Below are positions 1-8,728 of a stretch of 63,541 nt of DNA, piece after piece (the first letter of the stretch is position 1; every line of letters begins with the position of its first letter). The translations under genes were made by a program, and so were the position numbers. Under the pieces are notes generated by a model. That model was not told the DNA's origin. It made no database searches and was given only the letters and a program-made list of their open reading frames with translations. The stretch comes from an uncultured Verrucomicrobia subdivision 3 bacterium (GTDB lineage: Bacteria > Verrucomicrobiota > Verrucomicrobiia > Limisphaerales > UBA11358), in contig CAISVF010000481.1 in assembly GCA_903888765.1 (NCBI GenBank), positions 1 through 63,541 on the forward strand, given 5' to 3'.

Positions 1-779
1 ATACCCAGGAACAATTCCGTATAAATCGGGAATGGCAACAGCCAGGAACCTTGCGCACCGATATTACGCAAACCGTCCGGCCCGAAGGCACGGGTAAATA
101 TGATCGGCGCATCCACAAAAGCCCATTGATGGGGATGCTGGGCGTTCTGCCGGCCAAACGCGGCAAAAAACTGGCCTGCCTTGACTTGCAGGTTGGCTGG
201 CAGGGAAGTGGATTGGGCGTAAGCCTCCTCCAACTCAATATCCGTCTGATTATTCTTATCCAGCTTCAGAACGAGGTTGGCGAAACCTTTAAAATAAGGG
301 TCAACAGCCCCGTCCAGGGCAATCTCAGCATTGCGCAAAGAAAAGCCATTCTTAATCGGATCGTGGTCCCCGAGCTGCAATTGGGAGGAGGGATCCGACA
401 CCGTGGAACCACCGGCGGCCATCATGGCATCAAAGCTCATATTCATGTAGGCGGAACCGGCGCGCGCCACCGTGATGGGCGAGGCGGGCGACCAGACAGC
501 CTTTTCGGGAGGTGGGGAGTTGTCCGGAGTAGCGGCCATCCCGGCGGCAAGTTTCGCCTCCAGACTTTTCTTTTCGGTCTCGGCGGATTGCTGCTCGGTA
601 AGCGCCTTTAATTTTTTGGCCAAAGCGGCGATCTGTGCGCTTTGGTCGCGCTGAATCCGCTCGAAGTTCTCCTGCATCTGCCGCAATTGCTGCTGCAACT
701 GAGCCACCTGATTCGTGTCTTGCGCGCGAAGGCACGACACCCCCACCGTTAACACCAGTACACAAGCCAACAACTTCAT
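1..779 (-). CDS. Outer-membrane porin-like protein (phosphate-selective porin O/P-like), partial: 3' end lies beyond window start
   Basis: Hand translation of the minus strand from ATG (779-777) stays open to base 1. It is absent from the ORF track because there is no stop in the window. Order: signal peptide MKLLACVLVLTVGVSCLRAQ, coiled-coil QLQQQLRQMQENFERIQRDQ, then beta-rich LEEAYAQSTSLPANLQVKAGQFFAAFGRQNAQHPHQWAFVDAP typical of porins. Confidence 0.7.
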   Translation of the reverse strand, partial: MKLLACVLVLTVGVSCLRAQDTNQVAQLQQQLRQMQENFERIQRDQSAQIAALAKKLKALTEQQSAETEKKSLEAKLAAGMAATPDNSPPPEKAVWSPASPITVARAGSAYMNMSFDAMMAAGGSTVSDPSSQLQLGDHDPIKNGFSLRNAEIALDGAVDPYFKGFANLVLKLDKNNQTDIELEEAYAQSTSLPANLQVKAGQFFAAFGRQNAQHPHQWAFVDAPIIFTRAFGPDGLRNIGAQGSWLLPFPIYTELFLG

Positions 780-891
780 GTGCGAGATTTCTATCATACG
801 AACCTTTACCGGCCTCCGAAGATTCGGATGCCCTATTATTAACCTGCTAAAACGAACAATTAACGAGGCCGAAAACCAGCCTCAAACAGAA

Positions 892-1221
892 TCAAGAAGG
901 AAAGGAAGCCAGGGGCGGACCACGCCCGGGAGGCAGATTATCGAAGACGGAAAGGCAGACAAAAACCGGAGGTGGCACAGAAAACGCGGCGCGAGCGACA
1001 GGCAGGGGACAAACAACCGAGCCGGCTGCAAGCGTCAGGTGCCCATCAGCAAAAAGTGTGACAGCGCACTGATGACGAGCCTGACCGGCATCCGCATGAA
1101 ACCATTCGTGCAGGTGCGGAGCCGCAGCCAGCACGTTCAGCAGGAGAACAAAACCGCTTAGCAAGCCGCCAAGGGACAGCTTACTCCACTGCATCAAGAC
1201 TTCTTTATTCTGGTTGCGCAA
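892..1221 (-). CDS. Small hypothetical membrane protein with a His/Cys motif
   Basis: 109-aa ORF. Internal Met10 (start 1194) gives a TM/signal-like MQWSKLSLGGLLSGFVLLLNVLAA followed by PHLHEWFHADAGQARHQCAVTLFA. Same strand as the flanking porin and galE. No family recognised. Confidence 0.4.
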   Translation of the reverse strand: MRNQNKEVLMQWSKLSLGGLLSGFVLLLNVLAAAPHLHEWFHADAGQARHQCAVTLFADGHLTLAAGSVVCPLPVARAAFSVPPPVFVCLSVFDNLPPGRGPPLASFPS

Positions 1222-1291
1222 TGCAAGGCCAACTTAGCACAGCACGGCGCAAGCGCAAGTTCTGCTGTCAACGCACCTCCGGTCGGGAAAA

Positions 1292-2263
1292 TCAATCCGC
1301 GTAACCGGTCGGATGCCGCAGATGCCAAGCCCAGGCCGTTTTGACGATATCTTCCAGCTTGGGAAATTGTGGTTTCCAGCCCAGTTCATTGACGGCTTTG
1401 TTCGCGGCGGCAACGAGCCGGGGCGGGTCGCCAGGGCGGCGCGGCTTTTCAATGGCCGGGATGTTTTTGCCGGTGATTCTTTCGCACGTGGAAATAACTT
1501 CTTTTACCGAATAGCCATCGCCGTTACCAAGGTTGAAAAAACCACACTTGCCAGGCTGCAATCCGAGAATATGGGCCTGAGCCAGATCCTTAATGTGAAT
1601 ATAATCACGGATGCAGGTCCCATCCGGCGTTGCATAGTCGGTGCCATAAATTTCCACGTGAGGCTTCTTGCCCAAAGCCACAAACAGCACGTTAGGTATC
1701 AAGTGCGACTCGATGCGGTGATGTTCGCCAAAACGATCACTGGCACCGGCGGCGTTAAAATAGCGAAAAGCAATAAATTCCAACCCGTAAATTTGCTGGT
1801 ACCAGATCAAGGCCTTTTCGAACATCAGCTTAGACTCACCGTAAGGATTGATCGGACGCTGCGGCAGATCTTCCGTCATCGGCACGCGGTCCGGGGGACC
1901 ATAGGTGGCACAGGTAGAACTGAAGACAAACTTTTTAACACCGCATTCCACGGCGGCGTCCGCGAGTTTGAGCGCATTGACAAAGTTGTTGTGGAAATAT
2001 TTCTTCGGGTTGGTCATGGATTCACCCACCAGCGCAAAGGCGGCAAAATGGAGGATGGCGTCCGGCATCACTGATTTGACCGCAGCGAGAATGTCGCCCT
2101 CGACTTCGGGCTTGGCAAAAACAAACCCGGCGCGCGGATCCACCGCAGAACGATGCCCCTCCGTGAGATTATCATAAACAGTAACTTTATGGCCGGCATT
2201 GAGCAGTTCCTCCGTACAAACGGACCCGATATATCCAGCGCCGCCAGTAACAAAAACATTCAT
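1292..2263 (-). CDS. galE: UDP-glucose 4-epimerase
   Basis: 323 aa. Rossmann motif VTGGAGYIGS at the N-terminus and catalytic YxxxK (PYGESK). Length and overall pattern are typical of GalE. Confidence 0.9.
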   Translation of the reverse strand: MNVFVTGGAGYIGSVCTEELLNAGHKVTVYDNLTEGHRSAVDPRAGFVFAKPEVEGDILAAVKSVMPDAILHFAAFALVGESMTNPKKYFHNNFVNALKLADAAVECGVKKFVFSSTCATYGPPDRVPMTEDLPQRPINPYGESKLMFEKALIWYQQIYGLEFIAFRYFNAAGASDRFGEHHRIESHLIPNVLFVALGKKPHVEIYGTDYATPDGTCIRDYIHIKDLAQAHILGLQPGKCGFFNLGNGDGYSVKEVISTCERITGKNIPAIEKPRRPGDPPRLVAAANKAVNELGWKPQFPKLEDIVKTAWAWHLRHPTGYAD

Positions 2264-2504
2264 GCAAATAGTTTAGATTTTTCCAGCACCGGTGAAAATG
2301 GAAAAAACACAGCAATTCGACCAAGCTCAACCCATTTGCGGGATTGACTGTCAATCGGAGGCTGGCACATTTTCACAACAATGACATCTGGCGGTTCAAT
2401 AAACTAGTTTCTCATGGGCAAATCGGCAGCCCGGTTGTTTATTAATATCTATATCCAGCAATCTGCCAGCTTGAATCAAAGGGCTGCGCCAAAAACAAAA
2501 CAGG

Positions 2505-3491
2505 ATGAATACCTTGAGCCAAACAAGCATTGAGCGATGTTCCCTCTTTCCGTTTAAACAGAATTCCGAAACTGGATTGGCAGCGGAGACTTCCCCGCTG
2601 GCGATACAGCAGATAGGGAGACCTGCGCTGGGCAACAATTACGGCGCGACCAGAACCTGCGGGATTTCCAATTGGGATGACTCCCCGGTTTCACGAAACA
2701 AGGTGGCTACGCTTGGTGAAACGGAAATTCAAGTGTGGCTAGCCCCCGTCCCCCATTCTGAAGCGCATTATGCCCGGTTTGCCGAGGTTCTTTCGCGGGA
2801 CGAAATCCGGCGGACCGAACAATTCAAGCATCGCGAAGCCCGTTGCGAATTTGTTTTCGGACGTTTTATGCTCCGCACTATTTTGGGTGCCTATTTAAAC
2901 TTAGCCAGAGCCAAGGTCGAATTCGATTATCAACCACGCGGAAAACCTGGTCTGGCCAGAGTTCATGCGGGAATTAACCTGCATTTCAACCTATCACATG
3001 CGGGCGGATTGACAGCGATTGCTTTGACCCGCAGGTGCGACGTGGGCATCGACATCGAATCCATTGACATGGTTGAAAACTGGGATGAATTAACTGAATT
3101 GGTTTTTTCACCAGGGGAACGGCAAGAATTATATTCCACGCCGAAAACCGAACAGCGAAAAGAATTTTTTAAGAGATGGACCAGCAAAGAAGCCTTGCTG
3201 AAATGCATCGGGGTAGGATTAATTGATGAACTTGGGGCCTTAGAAATCCCCAGAACGTCCGGCCATGGCCGTTTTTCGTTGAATCTGCCAGGCATTACAC
3301 GGGAGCAAAACCTGTGGGACTTATATGACCTCCCGCTGCCAAATGGTTATGCCGGGGCTGTAGTAGTCGAGACCAGCACGGAAACCGATACTGAATCAGG
3401 CGAAAGAGAAAGGCACACCAGTTCCGCATGTCCGTTAGAACCATTCCCACGTGCCGCCGTCGCATCAAATGGACTCCCTGCTTTTAGATAA
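2505..3491 (+). CDS. 4'-phosphopantetheinyl transferase, Sfp-type
   Basis: Motifs GKPGLA, FNLSHAGG, VGIDIE and FFKRWTSKEALLKCIG (W/F-x-x-KEA-x-x-K). The first approx 75 codons look non-conserved, so the true start may be downstream (e.g. GTG near 2703). Confidence 0.8.
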   Translation: MNTLSQTSIERCSLFPFKQNSETGLAAETSPLAIQQIGRPALGNNYGATRTCGISNWDDSPVSRNKVATLGETEIQVWLAPVPHSEAHYARFAEVLSRDEIRRTEQFKHREARCEFVFGRFMLRTILGAYLNLARAKVEFDYQPRGKPGLARVHAGINLHFNLSHAGGLTAIALTRRCDVGIDIESIDMVENWDELTELVFSPGERQELYSTPKTEQRKEFFKRWTSKEALLKCIGVGLIDELGALEIPRTSGHGRFSLNLPGITREQNLWDLYDLPLPNGYAGAVVVETSTETDTESGERERHTSSACPLEPFPRAAVASNGLPAFR

Positions 3492-3548
3492 AGCGCCAAG
3501 AAGCAACTTGATTTCAAAGCTGCTGGATACATATTCATTAACTTACCA

Positions 3549-5255
3549 ATGCACGTAAAAACACTTTTCAAAACCTGCGCCCTGATTGGCTGGGTGCTGG
3601 CGCCAAACGCCCTACTGGCGGGCGGCATCACCAATTTCGACCTGGTTGTCTATGGCGGCACCAGTGCGGGCATCATGGCCGCCGTGCAGGCGACTCGCAT
3701 GGGAAGAACGGCAGCCATCGTTTGTCCGGAAATGCATCTGGGCGGAATGTCCAGCCAGGGATTGGGCTTTACCGACACAGGCGATAAATCAGTCATCGGG
3801 GGCCTGGCGCGAGAATTTTACCATCGGATATGGCTGCACTATGATCGTCCGGAAGCCTGGCAATGGGAGAAACGGGAAAAATATGGCAATCGCGGCCAAG
3901 GTGCACCCGCCATTGATGGTCAACAGCGGACGATGTGGAATTTTGAACCCCACGTCGCAGAAGCTGTATTTGAAGATTTTATTCGCGAGGGAAAAATCCC
4001 GGTTTTCCGCAATCAGTGGCTGGAGCGCGCTGGCGGTGTGAAAAAGAACCGCGCGAAAATCATTTCCATTACCACCTTGGATGGCAGCACTTTTTCCGGA
4101 AAATTTTTCATCGATGCCAGCTATGAAGGCGATCTAATGGCGTCAGCAAAGGTCAATTACACCATCGGCCGGGAGGCCAATTCAGTTTACGAGGAAAAGT
4201 GGAACGGAGTACAAACCGGGGTATTCCACCACGGGCATCATTTTGGCGCGGTCAAGGAAAAGATCAGTCCCTATGTGATTCCAGGCCAGCCCGAAAGCGG
4301 AGTCCTTCCCCGGATCAGCTCAGAGCCAGCCGGCACCTATGGCAGCGGGGACAAACGGATCCAAGCATATTGCTATCGCCTTTGTCTGACCGACAATCCA
4401 GCGGATCAAATTCCCTTTCCCAAACCGGAAGGCTACGACGCTGATCAGTATCAATTATTGCTGCGAGTTTTCGGAGCCGGTTGGCGCGAGGTTTTCAATA
4501 AGTTTGACCGCCTCCCCAACAGCAAGGTGGATTGCAACAACCATGGACCATTCAGCACCGATAATATTGGCCGGAATTATGATTATCCGGAGGCCAGTTA
4601 CGAGCGCCGCCGGGAAATCCTGCGCGAGCATGAGACCTACCAAAAGGGATGGTTTTATTTCATTGCCAATGATCCACGCGTCCCGGCGGAGGTGCAGAAT
4701 GAAATGCGCCGCTGGGGGCTGGCGAAAGATGAATTTCCCGACAATGGTGGCTGGCCTCACCAGATCTACGTCCGGGAAGCCCGGCGCATGGTGGGAAAAT
4801 ACGTCATGACGGAAAACAACCTACTGAAAAACCGCCCCACGCCTGAGTCGGTGGGCATGGGCTCATACACCATTGATTCGCACAATGTGCAGCGCTATAT
4901 CACCCCCGAAGGCAACGTGCAAAACGAGGGTGATATTGGCATCGCGGCCCATGGGCCATACGAAATCGCCCTTGGCTCTCTGCTCCCGCCGCGCGATCAA
5001 GCCGAAAATTTATTGGTGCCCGTGTGCGTTTCCAGTTCCCATATTGCCTTTGGTTCCATCCGGATGGAACCTGTCTTCATGATTCTGGGACAATCTGCTG
5101 CGACGGCAGCCATGCTTGCTCTGGAAAAATCCTTCCCGGTTCAAGATGTGCTCTATGAGGAGTTGAGCGCCCGGTTACGCGCGGACGGACAAGTACTGCA
5201 CCTACACGAAAAAATCAGTGTTTCTGCCTCATCCCTGCCGAAGCCGGAACGTTGA
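3549..5255 (+). CDS. Secreted FAD-dependent oxidoreductase (FAD_oxidored/PF12831-like)
   Basis: Signal-like N-terminus MHVKTLFKTCALIGWVLAPNALLA, then the dinucleotide-binding segment DLVVYGGTSAGIMAAVQATRMG..HLGGMSSQG. 568 aa. Confidence 0.75.
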   Translation: MHVKTLFKTCALIGWVLAPNALLAGGITNFDLVVYGGTSAGIMAAVQATRMGRTAAIVCPEMHLGGMSSQGLGFTDTGDKSVIGGLAREFYHRIWLHYDRPEAWQWEKREKYGNRGQGAPAIDGQQRTMWNFEPHVAEAVFEDFIREGKIPVFRNQWLERAGGVKKNRAKIISITTLDGSTFSGKFFIDASYEGDLMASAKVNYTIGREANSVYEEKWNGVQTGVFHHGHHFGAVKEKISPYVIPGQPESGVLPRISSEPAGTYGSGDKRIQAYCYRLCLTDNPADQIPFPKPEGYDADQYQLLLRVFGAGWREVFNKFDRLPNSKVDCNNHGPFSTDNIGRNYDYPEASYERRREILREHETYQKGWFYFIANDPRVPAEVQNEMRRWGLAKDEFPDNGGWPHQIYVREARRMVGKYVMTENNLLKNRPTPESVGMGSYTIDSHNVQRYITPEGNVQNEGDIGIAAHGPYEIALGSLLPPRDQAENLLVPVCVSSSHIAFGSIRMEPVFMILGQSAATAAMLALEKSFPVQDVLYEELSARLRADGQVLHLHEKISVSASSLPKPER

Positions 5256-7131
5256 CCGGGATGGGTTGCCGGGCACCCGCTGCAGGGAGGTTGAGCATCT
5301 TTGGGACTTTGACCAGCTGCGTGATCAGATCCACATAGACTTTAGCACCCTCCGCCCGAAGGTGAATCCCGTCTTTCCAAAATAGCCGGGGGCGCTCGTA
5401 GCTGGCTGCGTGCCAATCCAGCAAAACCGCACGAGGGTATTCTTTGACCGCTGATGCAAGCATCCGGTTGTTGAGAAACTCCCACGGCCGGGGGACCTTC
5501 AGATTGACCACCACCACCTGCCGGGCATCTTTGAACTCGGCCATGATCTGATGAAAAACCTCGGCGCTCAGGAACCCGTTATTGCCAATGTGTAGGATTA
5601 CGGTCGCATGTATCTTGTTGGCAGCATGCAAGTTCCGCACGATGGCGGGAGTGTTCCAGGGCAGCCGCCCTTGGTCCGCATCCACAACCGTATTCGTGCC
5701 AAAAGCACTTTGCAGTTCCCCGGCCACACCTTCCATTACCGAATCGCCGATCGCAGTCACGAGGGTATCCGCATTGGTCATCTGGGGTGATGTTTTTACG
5801 GTCACAGAGAGGTTAGTTTTAACAACGGGCGGTGGTCCGGATGTTTTGACAGCGGGTTTGGACCGGACCAGATACTTTGGCGGTGCTGGCGGACGGGCGA
5901 TTATGAGGAATACTCCCAAAGTCAGGCACACAATCAGGACGGATAGCGACGAAATTGCCCACCAACGACCCAATCGGCGACGTTCATCGCCCTGCGCCAT
6001 ACGCCAGGCTTTCCAGCCCCGGCCAAGAGTTCCGCTGCGAACCGGAGTTTCGACCCAGCGATAGGAAAAGGCGGCAATCCCTAAAGTCAGGACAAAGCGC
6101 ACGCTCAACAGGAGAAATCCATCCAGCGGAACATCCAGTTGCGGGCGGGTGAGCATGAATACCGGAAAATGCCACAAATAGATCCCGTACGAGCGGAGCC
6201 CGATCCAGCGCAAGGGCCACCACGAAAGCAGGAAGGGAATCATGCGAGCGCGCACGTGGACGGCCACAGCCAGGAGGACAGCGGTGGCCAGCCCCGTCAG
6301 AGTAAAACCACCTCGATAAAGAAATGGCTGGAACTCATTCAGCAGGGCAAAACATATTATCAAAGCAGCCAATGCCGTAAAACCTACCCCATCCAGAATC
6401 ACGCTACGGGTTTGACTGGCTTTCTGAACCGGAGTCCATAAAAAAGCCAATGCCACCCCGAGCAACAAACCGGCAGCGCGCGTATCGGTGCCGTAATATA
6501 CCCGTGAAGGATCCGTATTCGGGTGATAAAGCAAGGCCATCAAAACGGCGGAAGCCACGCCTGCCAACATTATTGCGGCTACCGCGAGACGCGGACGCAG
6601 GCGAGCCATCAACAAGGCAAATACCAACGGCCAGACCAGATAAAACTGCTCTTCCACGGCAAGCGACCACATGTGCCGCAGTAGGGACGGACGCCCCACG
6701 CTTTCGAAATAAGACTTGTGACTAAAGACCTGGTACCAGTTGTTGACATACCCAGCTGTGCTCAGCACATCGCCGCGTAAAGCCGCAACCTCTCCCGGCA
6801 GAAACACCACCATCCAGCCGACCAAAACCAGCAATAAGACAAAGAGTGCGGGAAACAACCGCAGCGCCCGGCGCAGCCAAAAGCTTTTGAAATCGATATG
6901 ACCATCCTGCATCCATTCCGCCAGCAGCAAGGAAGTAATCAGATAGCCGCTGATGACAAAAAACATCTCCACCCCCAGAAATCCTCCCGGTATCCAAGTC
7001 TGACCGGCATGGTAAAGCAGCACCGAGAGGACAGCTATGGCCCGCAATCCATCAAGAGCCGGCCGATAAGGCAAGCGGGGAGCAGAGTTTTCGGCACGCG
7101 CAGAGCCAAAATTTGTGTTGGCGGCGTTCAT
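5215..7131 (-). CDS. Acyltransferase-3 family O-acyltransferase with C-terminal SGNH domain (OatA-like)
   Basis: N-terminal LDGLRAIAVLSVLLYHAG plus about 10 hydrophobic segments. C-terminal IGDSVMEG ... LHIGNNG block typical of the SGNH extension. 3' end overlaps the convergent gene by 41 nt. Confidence 0.85.
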   Translation of the reverse strand: MNAANTNFGSARAENSAPRLPYRPALDGLRAIAVLSVLLYHAGQTWIPGGFLGVEMFFVISGYLITSLLLAEWMQDGHIDFKSFWLRRALRLFPALFVLLLVLVGWMVVFLPGEVAALRGDVLSTAGYVNNWYQVFSHKSYFESVGRPSLLRHMWSLAVEEQFYLVWPLVFALLMARLRPRLAVAAIMLAGVASAVLMALLYHPNTDPSRVYYGTDTRAAGLLLGVALAFLWTPVQKASQTRSVILDGVGFTALAALIICFALLNEFQPFLYRGGFTLTGLATAVLLAVAVHVRARMIPFLLSWWPLRWIGLRSYGIYLWHFPVFMLTRPQLDVPLDGFLLLSVRFVLTLGIAAFSYRWVETPVRSGTLGRGWKAWRMAQGDERRRLGRWWAISSLSVLIVCLTLGVFLIIARPPAPPKYLVRSKPAVKTSGPPPVVKTNLSVTVKTSPQMTNADTLVTAIGDSVMEGVAGELQSAFGTNTVVDADQGRLPWNTPAIVRNLHAANKIHATVILHIGNNGFLSAEVFHQIMAEFKDARQVVVVNLKVPRPWEFLNNRMLASAVKEYPRAVLLDWHAASYERPRLFWKDGIHLRAEGAKVYVDLITQLVKVPKMLNLPAAGARQPIPVNVPASAGMRQKH

Positions 7132-7561
7132 GAAATGAGCATCTGCCGCAGATTACTGAGCCCTCCAAATGCGGGCAATCGGAAACTTGTATTCCCGCAA
7201 AATCGGAGGAATAAGAGCGGATGGGATTTCCTCAGACGAACTAATGATCAAAAAATATATTCCAAGAACCTCATGAAAAGGAAACACTCGACGGCATTTT
7301 TATTGTGATGAATGGGGAGTTTCTTTTGAAACCGTTCATTATCCCGGTTTTGTTCACTGTGTCGGCCGAGGTCTTGGGCGCATCAAAGCCCGGTGGGGCC
7401 GGGTTGCGAATGAATGCATTCTGCCATTGCACCACGCATTTCAACATATACGACGCAAAGCTTCATCGGGGACACGTCCCGAATGCGGAGTTATGGAAAT
7501 TTCTGATGGGCAACATCCCATCCTTAGCGTGACCCGACAAGGAGATCCCACTCGTTTTAAG

Positions 7562-7594
7562 TTTACCGTTTTTTACCGATTTTTACCGCTACCG
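7562..7594. repeat. Three helically phased TTTACCG repeats (10-bp period) plus a partial fourth
   Basis: TTTACCG at 7562-7568, 7572-7578 and 7582-7588, then TACCG at 7590-7594. Each copy is preceded by a T-run. The array lies 20-50 nt 3' of the HTH gene stop. Confidence 0.8.
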
Positions 7595-7613
7595 GCCAAC
7601 TCCGGATGGTGAA

Positions 7614-8027
7614 TCAAGGTTTCCATTTGTGTTCCAGAATGACCCGTTCCTCTGCGGGGATGTTGCCGGTGGTCTCGGAGAACTGGACCGGGCTGTAACA
7701 ATCGCGCGTGAGCTCTGCCCGCAACCGGGCGGCGAGGCTATGTAACTGCGCGGTCGAAACCGGCTTCAGATCGCGTTGGTCAATTTCCTGCTCGATACGT
7801 TCCAATTGGGCGGCCAGTTTCTGCCAGCGCCCGGCGCGCGAGCCCAAGACGGATTCGGCGAGGTTCTCGGTCTCGATGGCGCGGAGGTTGGCGATCTCGA
7901 ACTGATGCAGACGGCTCCACTTGATGAGCGTGGGTTTGGAGACATTCAACTCGGCGGCAATGCGGTTGAAACTCCAGCCACTGGAGCGCAGCACGATGAA
8001 GCGGGCAATATTTTCTCGATCAGTCAT
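7614..8027 (-). CDS. Helix-turn-helix domain protein, likely a mobile-element remnant
   Basis: ORF 7614..8102; the ATG at 8027 (MTDRENIARF) is the likely start. N-terminal HTH LRSSGWSFNRIAAELNVSKPTLIKWSR followed by a coiled-coil region. Sits in a low-GC islet. Confidence 0.6.
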   Translation of the reverse strand: MTDRENIARFIVLRSSGWSFNRIAAELNVSKPTLIKWSRLHQFEIANLRAIETENLAESVLGSRAGRWQKLAAQLERIEQEIDQRDLKPVSTAQLHSLAARLRAELTRDCYSPVQFSETTGNIPAEERVILEHKWKP

Positions 8028-8172
8028 AATATTAATCTGGTTGATGTTTGCTTTATTGTTAATTGATCGGTCACGCGCCAGCCGAACAGCAACTGGTGAC
8101 ACGCGTGCCGGTCAGCGAGAGTTATAGCACAGGTTTTGAAGGGAGCAGGCGGAGGGCAAAGCGGCCGCTGGC

Positions 8173-8212
8173 AAACTCATGCAGGCAGATGTAAACTGAT
8201 GCCAGCAGATGC
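8173..8212. repeat. Tandem 20-bp direct repeat (2 units, 16/20 identical)
   Basis: AAACTCATGCAGGCAGATGT followed by AAACTGATGCCAGCAGATGC, about 150 nt upstream of the HTH gene start. Confidence 0.7.
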
Positions 8213-8337
8213 AAGTACGTGAAGCAAAAAAGTTTAAAAATATATTTGACGGGAATTTTCGGGAACCGCTGAATCGTTATTCCCTGGCTTGCTAAGGACT
8301 TTCTTCATAGGAGTTATTCGGCGGTTTGGACCGAGGT

Positions 8338-8601
8338 TCACTTGCTCAAAGAGAGCACCCACGAGCCATGCTTCAGTTGGCTGCGGACGTACCACTCGGC
8401 AGTTTTATCGCGTGCGCTTCCGGTCGGGAGAAAAATTGCCGCAAATTCTAAATTTCTTTGCGTGTTTTTCTGTATCCGCTGGCCGCGCAAAAAGTTAGGG
8501 TAGTACATGATTGCCCCAAGTATTCGCACTTGAAAATGTTTATCGTATTTTTCATAGCCAGAGTTGATGATGATTCCCCTCGCGGCACTTGGTTGTCCCA
8601 C
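8338..8601 (-). CDS. Orphan small ORF (56-87 aa), doubtful
   Basis: ORF-track 87 aa with a GTG start and an internal ATG at 8508 (MYYPNFLRGQ..). AT-rich. Contains RSQLKH (an Rx4H pattern). No family recognised; may be a gene fragment. Confidence 0.2.
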   Translation of the reverse strand: MGQPSAARGIIINSGYEKYDKHFQVRILGAIMYYPNFLRGQRIQKNTQRNLEFAAIFLPTGSARDKTAEWYVRSQLKHGSWVLSLSK

Positions 8602-8728
8602 ATTCCGGCGCTGGTCCGCTAGTGTGGCGGTAAATCAATCGCCGTTCATGCGGTTGCAGGTAACGCTGCCATGAAATACAACGTCAAGAAAACCGGGATT
8701 GATTTTCCCGGAGAGCCGGGCTGAAAAA

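Noticed and set aside
51-765. ORFs 51..611 (+), 430..765 (-) and 472..654 (+)
   Set aside because: They overlap the minus-strand porin frame (1..779). That frame is open to the window edge and has a signal peptide and a porin-like beta region.
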